Assembly (NCBI GenBank): GCA_951406725.2
Contig: OX597823.1
Location: forward strand, 39,618,001 to 39,682,000
Length of the DNA stretch: 64,000 nucleotides
From: Octopus vulgaris
Taxonomy: Eukaryota
Reading direction: 5' to 3'
Shown here: positions 11,916-26,140 of the stretch, in pieces
How positions within the stretch are numbered: the stretch's first letter is position 1
Layout of the letters: each line of letters starts with the position of its first letter
Program-made: the position numbers and the translations under genes
Notes under the pieces: generated by a model
What the model saw: only the letters and a program-made list of their open reading frames with translations
Databases searched by the model: none
What the model was told of the DNA's origin: nothing

Positions 11916-11920
<5 letters not shown>
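11735..11920. mobile_element. pLTR-like fragment with a perfect 58-bp-arm palindrome (11803-11920) containing a CTGAAGA..GAAAC core
   Basis: Left arm 11803-11860, 2-nt spacer, right arm 11863-11920; (TA)n on both sides. Confidence 0.65.
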
Positions 11921-11977
<57 letters not shown>

Positions 11978-13219
11978 GCGCGCATGCATTGTATTGTTGT
12001 ATAGAATACGTAAACATAGGATATTTAATATGTACGTGCTTATACTAAAATACATCCCTTCCCGTATTATGCATACTAATGAAAATGTATATTTATTCAA
12101 TATGACACACTCATATACATGCACACATACAAACACAAAAACACATACATACACAAACATACACTCCAAAACTCACCGGCATTCAAAGTGTCACATGACA
12201 CATGTCAAATTAATCTCGAAGTTTCCTTATTTATTTATAAATTCATGAAATGATTTGGAAATTCTAAGGAAGTTCGCCATTACAGGAATCCCTTCTCACC
12301 TAAATCGCACCTTAAAAACCGTGCGCCATCAGAACAACCACCCCAACCGCCACCACCACCACCACCACCACCACCACCACCACCACCACCACCACCACCA
12401 CTCTAAATAACTACACTATATTAAGGAATCGACTAGGGAGTTTGGATGCAGCGCTTGATGTGCTAAGTATAGTAGCCAAATCTTCAAATGTCAGCTTACT
12501 GGTAGGTGGTAATTCTCGATAATGCTAATCTAATATCACAATAAATATGTGTAACGGTTATGAAAAAGGAACAAAAAAAAAACATTTGTTGGGGTAGCCA
12601 TGGCTAGAATGCTTTTGATTATATATCTATTTGATCACAGCTGACCATGGGCTAAAGAACCACAACAACAGGAACAACATCAAATTAATTTGGTCGGGGT
12701 GGTACGGAGCTCGAGTGGGGTGGGGGTTTGGGAGAGTTATTAGCTGTTTATCCATGCTCAAGCAATTCAGCAAATAAATTAATTAGAAAATAGCAAATGT
12801 GGCACAGGTAGGATAGGGGTGCGTAGGGTGGTTACAATAAGTTTACACCTGGCTTCATCATTACGTCCAATTTGCTTTTTGGCAGGTATTTCGCTATCTT
12901 GTTCCGTCTAAATGTCTACTTAAGTCTTTTCTCTTTCTCCATCCTTTCTCTCCCTTTCTCTCTCTCTCTCTCCCCCTTTTCTCTTTCTCCCTTCTCTCTC
13001 ATCTTCTCTCACATCCCGTCTTTCACTCTCTCTCTCTCTCTCTCTCTCACTCACTCACTCTCTCTGTAAGTTTCTTTCTCTCTTTCCATTTATTATTTAT
13101 TTAATTTCTATCCTGAAAACTCAATTATATAGTCCTCTTACCATAAATCTTCAAATTCGAACATTTCCAGCCATATTCTCTCTCTCTCTCTTTCTTACAC
13201 ACACCCAAACAAACACACA

Positions 13220-13281
<62 letters not shown>

Positions 13282-13849
13282 AACAAATACACATGCGCAT
13301 ACATATATACATGTACACACATGAGCGCACATCCATGCACACACATATACATGCATATGCACACTCATACACATACATACAAAGACAAGTACACATAACT
13401 ACACACATACAAACACTTTGATGCACTCATACACAGATATACACATACACACACATACATACGCTCACACTGAGATACATACACAAATATGTACTATGCA
13501 CACACACATACACCTATACAAACACACATACGCACACACTCACACAGACACATACGCATATTTATGCTTACACACAGAGATACACACACGCACACACATA
13601 TACACACACTATATATGCATTCACACACATATACACACGTATACACACACACCACATATGCATTCATACACATATACACACGTACATACACACACACTCT
13701 CTTTCTCCTACACACACACACACACACATAAACAGACACACGCGCACCTTCATTGTAGTCACCTCTGAGAAAGGCTGGCACCAACCCTACGCAATATCAA
13801 CACACCTATCATCACTATCAACCTTATTGCTTCTATAACACCTGCATAA

Positions 13850-14749
13850 CAACACCGCCATCATTATTACACCGACACCACCACCACTACCACCACTACC
13901 ATCACGACTACCACCACCACCACCACCACCACCACCACCACCACCACCACCACCACTGCCACCACCACTACCACCACCACTTCCATCACTACCAACAACC
14001 ACCAACACAACCACTACCACTACCACCACCACCACTACCACCACTACCACCACCACCACCACCACCACCACCACCACCGCCACCACAACTACCACTACCA
14101 CCAGATCCATCACTACCAACAACCACCAACACAACCACTACCACTACTACTACCACCACCACTACCTTCAACACCATCACTACCACTAACATAACCACTA
14201 CCAATAACCCCATCACTACCACCACCACCACCACCACCACCACCACCCACTCCCACCATAACCACCACCTCTGACGTCGTCACCATCTCCTCTATCACAA
14301 CTACAACCATAGCCATCATTAACACCACCACGCCCAAACCATAACTGCCATCGGAAGCAGCACCTGCGGCGCCACCACCGCCGTAACAATACCCACAGTG
14401 ACTGCTGCTGCTACTACCGTTACTACCATCACTACCACAACTACCATTAGTACCATCACTGCAATCGCAACCGCAGCCACTGATACCTTTTACTACATCA
14501 TTGTTATCACCACCACCACCACCACCACCATCACCTCCATCACCACCAGCACCATCACAAACATCACCAAAGTCATCACCATCACCATCACCACAAGCAT
14601 CATCATCAAATCCGACACCATCACCATTATCATCACCGATACCGTTACCACCATCACTATCACGAACATCACCACCACCACCACCATGACCATACCAAAC
14701 ATCATCGCAATCACCACCACCGCCACCACCACCACCACCACCACCACCC

Positions 14750-14789
<40 letters not shown>

Positions 14790-14870
14790 TACTACCATCA
14801 GCATCTCCACCATGACCACCATCACTAATATCACCCTCACCACAATCCCCCCATCACCACCATCATCAAC
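13850..14870. repeat. Degenerate (CAC)/(CAT)/(ACT) trinucleotide region
   Basis: Direct reading; includes a ~40-bp internal duplication (13982 and 14106). Confidence 0.9.
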
Positions 14871-15034
14871 ACCATTAGAGACCTCTACAATCTCGCTGGA
14901 CCTGCTAGAAATTGTAGCTAAATCTTTCTCTCAACTCACATCATACCGTCTTAGGAAAGAAGTCTTTGGATAATATTATCCCGGTCCTTTACTCTTGACA
15001 GGACTGAACGAGAAAATGCAAAGGAAACAAAGAA

Positions 15035-15196
15035 TTTGTGTGGTAAAAAGGGGTTGCTTCCCAACCACATGGTTCCGGATTCAGTTCCACTGCATGGTAC
15101 CTTTGGCAGTTGTCTTCTACTATAACCTCGGACCGACCAAAGCCTTGTGACTGGATTTGGTAGTTTTATATATATATATATATCTATATATATATA

Positions 15197-15243
<47 letters not shown>

Positions 15244-15492
15244 TACAAAATTAGAGAATGGAGAAACATACTTAAATCAATAAAACATCAACTATCAGAT
15301 GATACCCAATCAATACTTTAATACACCATTACATATCGGTAAAGGCATTATACAAAATATACAGTAAGAGTAAATAGACAAAGAGATATAAGTAAAAAAT
15401 TTCAAATATAATATGTAATTAAATCAAATCTGACAGCTGTTTCGGCAGTGAGGGCAGTCATACCTCATTTAACCTATAAGCCATAAAGGCAG

Positions 15493-15530
<38 letters not shown>

Positions 15531-15542
15531 GTATGTATACAC

Positions 15543-15593
<51 letters not shown>

Positions 15594-15800
15594 GACTGTG
15601 TTTTTGCCCCTCCCCGCCCCATCGCCTGATAACCGATGTTGGTGTGTTTACGACCCCGTAATCTAGCGGTTCGGCAAAGCAGACCGATAGAATAAGTACT
15701 AGACTTACAAAGAATAAGTCCTGGGTTCCATTGGTTCGATTAAAGTTGGCGCTCCAGCATGGCCGCAGTCAAATGACTGAAACAAGTAAAAGGATAAAAG
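15035..15800 (+). mobile_element. SINE family B split by an expanded (TA)n tract that holds a pLTR fragment
   Basis: 5' half tgtgtggtaaaa..gaccaaagccttgtgactggatttggtag (15035-15165); 3' half aaccgatgttggtgtgtttacg..aaatgactgaaacaagtaaaa (15600-15800). Confidence 0.75.
15241..15493 (-). mobile_element. 5'-truncated pLTR-like fragment with the 3' half of a hammerhead (GAAACAGCTGTC)
   Basis: atctgacagctgtttcggc at 15428-15446. End gaatggagaaacatacttaaatcaata resembles the terminal motif of the 56631 element. Confidence 0.6.
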
Positions 15801-16152
15801 AATAAATAAATAAATAAATAAATAAACAAAAAGAAAGAATATTCGTCGACACATCGTGCTGTGCTGACCAATTTGAATGTTACATAATAAATCGCATCGA
15901 AATGGATTGTTTTACTCTCCGTTACCTTTTCTGTATGAAGTGGGTGCGGCCGAGTGCTTGAGGTTTTCAGCTGACCATCATACACACGTGGACTCAATAC
16001 GTGGATCGTCGTATTCTCGAGTAAGACCTTCCATTTCACAGCGCACCAATCTCCTCTGGCAGATGTAAGTGAGTCTTTTCTCACACCAGTTGTCGTTTCC
16101 TTGTTGTTCTACTTGCAACTACACAAGTATCTTAAACATTTTGCGAAAGAAC

Positions 16153-16380
16153 GGTCTGGCAGAATCGTTAGCACGTCGGGTGAAATGCTTAACGGTATTT
16201 CGGCTGCCGTTACGTTGTGAGTTCAAATTCCGCCGATGTCGACTTTGCCTTTCATCCTTTCGGGGTCGATAAATTAAGTATCAGTTACGCACTAGGGTCG
16301 ATGTAATCGACTTAATACCTATGTCTGTCCTTGTTTGTTCCCTCTATGTTTAGCCCCTTGTGGGTAATAAAGAAATAGGT
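16153..16380 (+). mobile_element. SINE family A
   Basis: Near-complete match to the 62523 copy, including the tail tagccccttgtgggtaataaagaaatagg. Confidence 0.88.
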
Positions 16381-16407
16381 ATAGGATATAAAACCATACT
16401 CGCTAGC

Positions 16408-16460
<53 letters not shown>

Positions 16461-17859
16461 TATGTATGTATGTATGTATGTATGTATGTGTGTGTGTAGA
16501 TTAATGTTTGCGTTTGTGTCGTGTTATAATAAAGATAATTGAACATTAAAGTGAAGATTTTCGCAATACTTTTTGTAGAGTACATATTTATTACATTTTA
16601 CATAAAGAAAGGTGACAGTGACTTCGAAGTTTGGGCCTGCTAGACTTCGTATACGTGCAGTGCAACGTGCAACGGAATAATTTGCTCAAGGACATAGCGA
16701 TCCACGAACTGGACTAACATCCGTATGATCGTTAGCCGAATACCTTAACCACCCAGTCACACCTTCACACACACGCGCGCACACACACACATACACACAC
16801 AAACATACACACACATACACACGCATATACACACACGCACATACGCATGCGAATATACGTAAGTACATGCACACCGAATAAAATACATATGGAATTTAAA
16901 AGCTCAATTCTTTAACTCATTATTAAACTTTAATATATCATATTGTTACTTCAAAGCAAATGTTATTAACAAGAATTAGATTGTATAAAGTTTGAAATTA
17001 TCTAAAACAATCGTTCAACTAGATTTCATAATTACGATTAATTATGTAATTTTTATAGTGTTGACAATGTTTTCAACATGGGACATGTAGACCGGCTTTA
17101 GAACGGAACAAATGAAAGTTGTAGAATATCAATGAGATCATTACGGTCACATAACTATTCATTCTGAATACATTCTGGCAGGTTCGAAAGGGAATATACC
17201 GATCGCTGTTGTATTCTATCACAGGAGAACACCTCCCATTAGATGATACGTGTTCATAATACAAATGATTCACTGATTTAAGTGGACTTTGACACACTGC
17301 GGTGTTTCGACTTTATTGTAGTGAAATCTACCCCAAGGTCAATTCATCTAACAAGCCAAGAGACAAATTATTTGCTAATGTTTAACAAACAGATAATAAT
17401 TCATGGGTTGTACGCCGAACAATGAGAGTCTAGATGTTCTCCAAAGAGGTAATACTACGGCAATCAGTATATCCACGTTCGAATGTGCCAGAAATTATTG
17501 AGAATAAATAGATACGTTTATGTTTGGATTTTCGCTGTACTTTTCCAGATTTATAATCTTAAGAATATTATTTGTTTTGCTTGCATTTTTTCATGTAGTC
17601 CATGATTTTTCTAGGCTATGCTGTTATGCTAATTAATAATGTGTAAACTGTGCCAATTAGCAGTGTCGTTAATAATTTCTTCCTTACCCCAATGATGCCG
17701 GTGACATATATTAAAAGTCCTCTAGAACTATATTTATAAAAAAAGTAAGCAACTATATTATCACTCTCAAATTTCAGAAACAAACACTCATAACGTTTTA
17801 CTTTTAAAACTTCATTGCATGAGATTGATACCATGAAATTTCTCGATATGAGCTCTATC

Positions 17860-18323
17860 ATTTAAACTTAATTAAAATATAGTTTGTTTTTAAAATAAAA
17901 AAGTTAGTTACACTTAAATCCAAATTTTTGCCTTCTATATATATTTCATATTTTACCTCAACTTTTTTTATACAAATTTTTGTCGCAGGGGAACAAAACT
18001 TCACGCTTTTTTCTATCGTTGAAGCTAAGATAAATATACTTTGCTTTTAAAATAAAAAAATAGTTATTTAGATCTAAACTTGATTGGTGGCGTTACTTAT
18101 TCTCTTATAACAATATTACAAATTTCGGTATAAACTTTTTTCTACTGGACCAAATCTCAATTTTTTGATGCCAAAATGTAGCTAGGGACCAGTCCTCTTC
18201 AAAAATGTTAACAATTTTCAATTTGGTTAAGAACTGAATTAGCGACAAGCTCCGAAATATTCTGCGTGTGAGTAAATTGGGGCCTCAAAAATATTATTCA
18301 ACTACTACCGTAGTTGAATAGTA
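17860..18323 (+). mobile_element. Probable Helitron/Helentron-type non-autonomous element ending in an 11-bp hairpin
   Basis: tattcaactac-tacc-gtagttgaata (18295-18320) at the end of an AT-rich block; 5' limit uncertain. Confidence 0.4.
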
Positions 18324-18349
18324 CATACATACATACATACAAATGGCAA

Positions 18350-19351
18350 CTTCCTTATTAACAGTAACACCAAAGGCATGAAGTCAGTCCAAACAGCCTT
18401 TGAATGTCGCATTGTATCACTCAGACAACACCAGCTGAAAAGTAAAGAAAGAAGTGAATACATTCAATTGTTACTCAAAAGTGAATGCAACAACATCCGG
18501 CGTTGGAGAAAAACTACTGTGCAGGAACTCTAAGAATACAACTGTCTCATGTGACTCAAAGGAGGCTGCACTGGTCTACCCAAACAGATAATTGAAGGAG
18601 GTATCATAACAACAAAAAGCAATGCATGAGTGCATATTCCGCAAGGTGGAGGAAACGACAGCATAGACAAGAAGAGTAGCCTCTCCTGGACCTGTGACAG
18701 ATTACATTATACTCACCTAGAAGGATATGACTTCGCAATTCATGAACAGGAAATAGCTATTAAATACCTGATAAACAAGTTACACAAAGATACTGCTAAA
18801 CCTCCGCTGCCATACCAGTGTGGAAGATATCACCCACATCATCAGCAGCTGCCCCAAAACGTCTACGAGAAACTACCTGCCCCTGAGGCATGACGTAGTT
18901 GCAAAGATTACTTACAATGCTATCCGCAGGAGAATTGACCTGACGTATACATCAGAGGCCTGTCAGGACCAGCAGGTATTCAAACAAGGAATGAGGGTGG
19001 AACTCTTCTATAAGAAACAGCAAAAACAGGTCTGATAATGTTCTGTGAGACTGTGAACGAAAGTCATACATTATTGTAGAGGCCAGCTGCCCAGTGGATG
19101 TGATTGTACAATCAAAAGTCCAGGAAAAAGCGAACATTTATGGTGAATTAATGTGGAACTTACAGCTCTTGTAACTTGACTGTGAATTTTCTTTTGTACC
19201 TGTCAATATAGGTACATTAGGTACCAACAAATTTGCACAAAAACCAAGAAATTCTTGGCTTCACGAAGAAAGAGCAAAAGAAACTGACGCGGATTCTCCA
19301 AATCTAATCTATTAGTAGTACAGTGAAGGTTTCAAAAACATTCCAAATATT
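18350..19351 (+). pseudogene. R4/Dong-like non-LTR retrotransposon 3' fragment (zinc knuckle plus restriction-like endonuclease)
   Basis: LEGYDFAIHEQEIAIKYL; EDITHIISSCPKTSTRNYLPLRHDVVAK (CCHC-RHD); IIVEASCPVD..KVQEKANIYGEL..FVPVNIGTLG; multiple frameshifts. Confidence 0.82.
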
Positions 19352-19534
19352 CTCCATTTAAAACTCTTATGTGAATAGATTCACACGCGTGGATGTATGC
19401 ATCGACAGTTCAACCAAAACATCAACACAAACACATATATACATACACCGTGTGTATAAATTGTCTTCTCGCTTTGTTAGCGACCGGCTTGAACTCTCTT
19501 TAGAACTTAAATAAAACTCAAAGAAAAACCATAC

Positions 19535-19565
<31 letters not shown>

Positions 19566-19627
19566 TGTATGTATGTATGTATGTATGTATGTATGTATGT
19601 ATGTATGTATGTATGTATGTGTGTGAG

Positions 19628-19704
<77 letters not shown>

Positions 19705-20155
19705 GTGCGTTTGTGCTTGTTCCTCACGACGTTTGCTTAATATCCCTGTAACATAGCGGTTCGGCAAAATAGACCAAGAGAATAAATACCAAAATGGACA
19801 AAAAAAAAATACAAAAAAACCCCCCCAGAACTGGGGCCGATTGTTCATCTAAGTCCTTGAAAGTGTTGCCCCAGCATGGCCGCAGATTTATGACTGTAAT
19901 AAGTAAAAGGAGAGACTGCACTAAACTATACAGAGTGATCCTACAGTTAGATTTTATTTTTGTCAGTGACGCAACGTAAACAGATATGTGTTTATATGTG
20001 TTTCTGTTTGAATTTGCGCGTGCATGTAAGGGTGCTTGGGTGTGCATGCGCGTGGTATTTTAGCATGTTAAATTAGTTATGTGTGTGTGTGTGCTTGTGA
20101 ATATGTATACATGTGTGTGTGTATATATATATATAATATAATATAACATAATATA

Positions 20156-20238
<83 letters not shown>

Positions 20239-20258
20239 ACAAACTAGACATGTACATG

Positions 20259-20289
<31 letters not shown>

Positions 20290-20807
20290 TAATGTGTATG
20301 TTTTATGTGCGTGTCTAGTTTGTCCAACTAGATGTGTATGTAATCAAATATACATACACACCTATAGACACATGTATGTATTATATATACTTTTGATACG
20401 AAGAAAAATATCTTGAATAAATAAGTATGAAACGGTGTTTCCCCACAGGAGCTTCACTGACATAATTATGTGATAGTTTTGTGACTAATTTAATTTACAT
20501 ACACTCTGTATGTACACGTGTGTGTTCGTGTGTGTGTGTGTGTGTGTGTATGTGTGTATATCATAGTATATGTTGTGTGCATATAGGTAAATATAAAATA
20601 TTATATGTATCTATGTACTTATGTGTATATATACATATGCATATATGTATGTACGTACGTAAATATATTTATAAACATACACAAATATGTATGTTTATAT
20701 ATATATATATATAGACACATATATATATATACATACACACTCCCACATACACACAGACACACTCTCACACATACACACAAACACACACACGCACACACAC
20801 ACATATA

Positions 20808-21672
20808 CAGCGTGCAATGAGTAAATTGTCCCCATTTTATATTTTGTTTGTTTCCGATTTTGTCGACTACACAGAATAGTAGGTTCAGTTGGGCACCGTC
20901 TGTGAGAAAAACATCATCATGCCTCAGTTGACTCTGCCAGAAATTTGGAAACGACATGCTGTACTGCTTGACATTCGCGCCAGAAGCTCCAGTACGAAGA
21001 GATGTTGAACACACAGAACAACCGTTGGCTTACCGTGTCCCCCAAAACATGTACGGAGAGTGATAGAAATCAAACATCCAGTCAACATCATGATGTTCGT
21101 TTGGAGTGATCACTAGAGATGGCGACGTTATGCCTCCATTTATCTTCCCACACGGCCTCAGACTCAACACGGAGGCCTACATCAGTGCCTGGAGGAAGTA
21201 GTACTGCCCTGAGTCAAGAGGATGGTTGCTGGAAGACACAATGTCTGGCAACAAGACTCTGCACCATTGCACACAAGCAGGGGAACCCAGTCATGGCTGT
21301 CAGACAATTTTTGCGACCACATCACCCCTAACATCTGGCCACCTATCTTTCCAGACTGCAACCCCCTTGATTATTATGTGTGGGGCGCAACTGAGCTAGA
21401 GACCAGCAAAAGTCCTTGTAATACCAAAGGTGAACTGAAGGCAAGGATTATGGCAACATTCACCAACTTAAACAAGGAGACCGTCCAGTAGAGTTGCAGG
21501 AGATTCCAAAGTTGTCTTAAGACCGTGGTTGAACCCAATGGCGATTCTGTTGAACCTATTAGTACTTTAAGATATTTTTAGGTAATTTTGATAAATATGT
21601 CTGTTAAAATGAGATGTCAGTATTACTTTCATTTTTGCGCAATTTAGACGAGAATATGTTCACCACACCCTG
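20808..21672 (+). mobile_element. Internally deleted Tc1/mariner-superfamily element (DD37D/maT-like)
   Basis: TA-cagcgtgc...caccctg-TA ends; VWQQDSAPLHTS...IWPPIFPDCNPLDYYVWGA; homologous to 40463-41253. Confidence 0.85.
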
Positions 21673-22269
21673 TATATATATATATATATATATACTTATT
21701 TACACACATACATTCACACACGTATATAAGTATATAAAATATAAACATTCATAGAATATATCTACAACTGATTCTGATTTAACATGTTACATATATTCAT
21801 ATTTATGTGTGCTCACATACATGTATATATACACAACCTTTGTACATATATAAATATGTGTGTGCATACATACGTTTGTATGTATAAACGTATATACTTG
21901 TATATATATATATATATGAACGTATATACATATGTACGTAAATATCTATTCAAACATATGTACGTACAAAGATACATACATACGCTCAGGAAAATAAACG
22001 AGCGCATGGTTTATCAGTCGGCGTGTCTGTATCCCTATGATGCATTGACCCCTGTTATTTTATGATTATGTGAATGTATGTGTGCGTGTGTGTGTGTGTG
22101 TGGATCCTCATCTATGTGAATCAGCGTGCAATCGTTTGTGCGCGCATGTGCTGGCGCGTGCCTTTGCTGTCGGGTGTATAGAGTGTATGAGTGTGGGGAA
22201 ACGTCTCTTGGTATGCTGTTGGATTTTATTCCCCATTGTCTCTGCTTCATATGCAAAACTAGGAAAACG

Positions 22270-22308
<39 letters not shown>

Positions 22309-22579
22309 CACATATACTATATATATATATATACATTTATATACATATATATATATATACAAATATATAATATATATACATGCATACATATTCACACACA
22401 CATATATATGTCTGTCTGTGTGTGTGTGTATACGTGTACACGGGCGTATGTTTATATGTGTATATGCATACATTACTGTATCTGTGTATGTGTATGTGTA
22501 TATGTATGTGTGCATATATTTACTTATTTGTATACGCGAGTGTTTTAATACGTTTGTGTGTGTGAGTGTGTATATATAA

Positions 22580-22616
<37 letters not shown>

Positions 22617-22758
22617 AATAAAATATATATACGCCCGTGTACACGTATACACACACACACAGACAGACATATATATGTGTGTGTGTGTGTGAATATGTAT
22701 GCATGTATATATATATTTCATTTATCCGTGTTAATTGTTAACAAGGTAAAATACACTC

Positions 22759-22797
<39 letters not shown>

Positions 22798-22801
<4 letters not shown>

Positions 22802-23283
22802 CGTATATTTGCCATTTAAATATGGCTAACCCCTAAGGGTGGATGCTACTGTAGTTTGTAGCCCCAGGAGGACACCTTCTCCAGCTGGCTATAGACACAC
22901 TTTCTGTGCCCTATCAGTATTTGCAAAGGAAAGCCATCCTTCCCGTCTTCAACTTATGATACACACGGACTCGAGTTTCTGGGTATTGACCCGTCATCGG
23001 TGTGTGACAATCACAGTTGTTGATGAAAAGTAGATTCCCTTCACAAATACATATCCTTTTTCCAGTATCGTACAGACACTGATATCGAAAAAGTGTAAAC
23101 AAGCAATACCCAGAGACTCGAGTCCGTGTGTATCATAAGTTGAAGACGGGAAAGATGCAAATACTAATAGGGCATAGAAAGTGTGTCTATAGCCAGCTGG
23201 AGGAAGTGTCCACCTGGGGCTACAAACTACAGTAGCATCCACCATTAGGGGTTAGCCATATTTAAATGGCAAATATACGTCAC
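22798..23283. mobile_element. MITE/foldback element with ~190-bp terminal inverted repeats
   Basis: gtgacgtatatttgccatttaaatatggctaacccc... at 22798 is inversely repeated, ending ...ggcaaatatacgtcac at 23283, around a ~115-bp spacer. Confidence 0.88.
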
Positions 23284-23790
23284 GATGTGTTGCAGCTACT
23301 GTTTATAATTCGCTCTAAGATTTATTATTGCTTGTTTACACTCGATCAAATAAGTACCAGTTGAGCACTGGGATTGATGTAATCTACTTAACTCCTCTCC
23401 GAAATTGCTGGCCTTGTGCAAAAATTTGAGTCCATTATTGTTAGGGTCGTTATTCTTGTCGATATAAAGTGACTTGATTTGCTTTCGAACTTGGTAGGTA
23501 TGTATGTGTTTGCGTTAATAGTGGTCCTCGTTGAATGGAAAGTGTGATTGGGATGACGGTTTTAACTTGTATGTGTGTGCTGTGTAGAATGTATTGGAAA
23601 AGCGGCGCCAAAAAGTTGAGATTTTCCCCATTGGGGTTCTACTTAACCTTTTGGTACCAAATCCGCTCGAGATTGTCAGCGATTCTATGATGCAAACTCC
23701 CAGTTTTAAAGAAATCAAAATTAAAATCTACCGTCAAAATTCCATGTTAATTTATGTTCCAAACGGCCTCTTAACAGTGACAGTTATGAC

Positions 23791-23986
23791 TGGGTGCTGA
23801 AAAGTTCTTTGAGAGTGTCGCAAAAGGCTTGGCTGGAGTCCCAACCTTCAGAGTTCTTTTACACGGCTTAGAAAAACTGGAAGATCGCTGCTGTGTGTGA
23901 ATCTGAGAAGGGAATACGTTGAATAAAATCATAACTGATCCGCCGACATTTTCTTTTACTCAAAGCCAGGGACTTTTCAGCACCCT
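23791..23986 (+). mobile_element. Short mariner-derived MITE
   Basis: TIR gggtgctgaaaagt / acttttcagcaccc; internal LEKLEDR..VNLRREYVE* resembles a mariner C-terminus. Confidence 0.75.
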
Positions 23987-24469
23987 GTCATGTTTTACTA
24001 TGTTGCTCATCATCATCATCATCATCATCATCATCGTTTAACGTCCGCTTTCCATGCTAGCATGGGTTGGACGGTTCGACCGGGGATCTGTTTTTAAAAT
24101 TAATTGGAACAGAGGCATATTATTTCGACTGAAATATCATAAGTAGATGATTAAACTAATCAAGATTAAAATTTTCCCATCAGAATTTCACGTTAACTTA
24201 TGCCTCAGACACCAGTTGAATATAAATAAAGTTATTTTAGTAAATTCTTTAATATTTTCAAAATTCAATGAAACGAAGGCATATTTTTTCAACAGAAATA
24301 TGTGATAAGGAAACGATAAAGAACCATCATGGGTGAGAGATGGAGAGGAGAACTGTGCAAAGTTAGAAGGGATTTTTTTTGGTAAGGGAGCCAAAAATAT
24401 CACCTGACATTTGGGAAGGGAACGAGTTTCTATTCATTCACACAAACAAACGGGAGTGTATTCACGCAC

Positions 24470-24560
24470 ATTCACACTCACACACATGCACACGCACTCA
24501 CACACATGCACACGCACTCACACACATGCACACGCACTCACACACATGCACACGCACGCA
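24470..24560. repeat. 20-bp minisatellite (cactcacacacatgcacacg), about 4 units
   Basis: Direct reading. Confidence 0.85.
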
Positions 24561-24757
24561 TGCACACATACTTACGTATGTACATGTATGTATCTACACA
24601 CATACATATATATATGTATGTGCATACATATACACAACACACATATACACAACACACTTATAACTCTTTCTAAAGTATGTGTGGACATATGCATGCATGT
24701 ATGCATATTTGTGTATATACATAGAGGAATATTTGTGCGTGTGTAGGAGCGGGTGAA

Positions 24758-24814
<57 letters not shown>

Positions 24815-24996
24815 ATGTTTGTGAGTCTATAGATACACGTATAGATAGATGGATAGATTGACTGCTTGATAGGAGGTAAATGAAAGTGTGTATACCACGC
24901 TGAAAACTAACATAAATCTGATAACGAGGCGAAATTATCTAATTAGAACTGTCTATTTTTCTGTTTATATAAATATCTATCACGCTATCTATCACG

Positions 24997-25110
<114 letters not shown>

Positions 25111-25385
25111 ATCTATCTGTCTGTCTGTCTATCTATCTGTCTGTCTGTCTGTCTGTCTGGCTATCTATCTATCTACCTATCTATCTTCTGTGATAACGAT
25201 CCCTATTGATCGTTTTTTTCCCTGTTCCTTTAATTGTTTATCCCCCCCCTTTTTTAACCCTTTTTCTTTCCTTTTACGATCCCTTTTGATCGAAAACCAA
25301 ACCCCCTTTTTTATCCCCAAAAGAAAAGCTCTACCTTGTAATTTGTCCTGTCTGTGTGCAGCCCTGTGTGGCTAATAAAGAAACA

Positions 25386-25597
<212 letters not shown>

Positions 25598-25974
25598 ATT
25601 TGTGGTTCTGTATATGTGTCCCAGATATCGTGATCATATGTAGTGCCATCATCTGTTGTATTCACTCCGCAAGAACTCAAGTTTAGACATGCTTTATTCC
25701 AGGCAGGTTTGTAAATGTCCAGCTGCTCCAATAATAATAATAATAATAATGATTATGAACCCGAAAGTTTATCTTGGGTACAGGATTTGGCAGCTCCTTA
25801 TCAATATTCCGTAGTTCCATACAATAATATCTGGCCAGTTTTTATTTGTTGGCTCTTTTAATTGTTTAGTTCCACAAATATTCTTTTGAGCCATGGGCCT
25901 CGTCATGGTCAACTTTATGGGTACTTTTTCTTATCCTATTCCAGACTGTTCTGGCCATCACATGTATGCATATA

Positions 25975-26140
25975 TTTCTTTATTGCCCACAAGGGGCTAA
26001 ACATAGAGGGGACAAACGAGGACAGACAAAGGGATTAAGTCGATTACATCGACCCCAGTGCGAAAGTGGTACTTTATTTATCGACCCTAAAAGGATGAAA
26101 GGCAAAGTCGACCTCGGCGGAATTTGAACTCAGAACGTAA
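25975..26140 (-). mobile_element. 5'-truncated SINE family A
   Basis: Tail tttctttattgcccacaaggggctaaacatagagggg. Confidence 0.85.

Noticed and set aside
14398-14973. 191-aa Thr-rich ORF resembling a mucin
   Set aside because: Derived from (ACC)/(ATC) microsatellite, with a GTG start and no splice or signal-peptide evidence.
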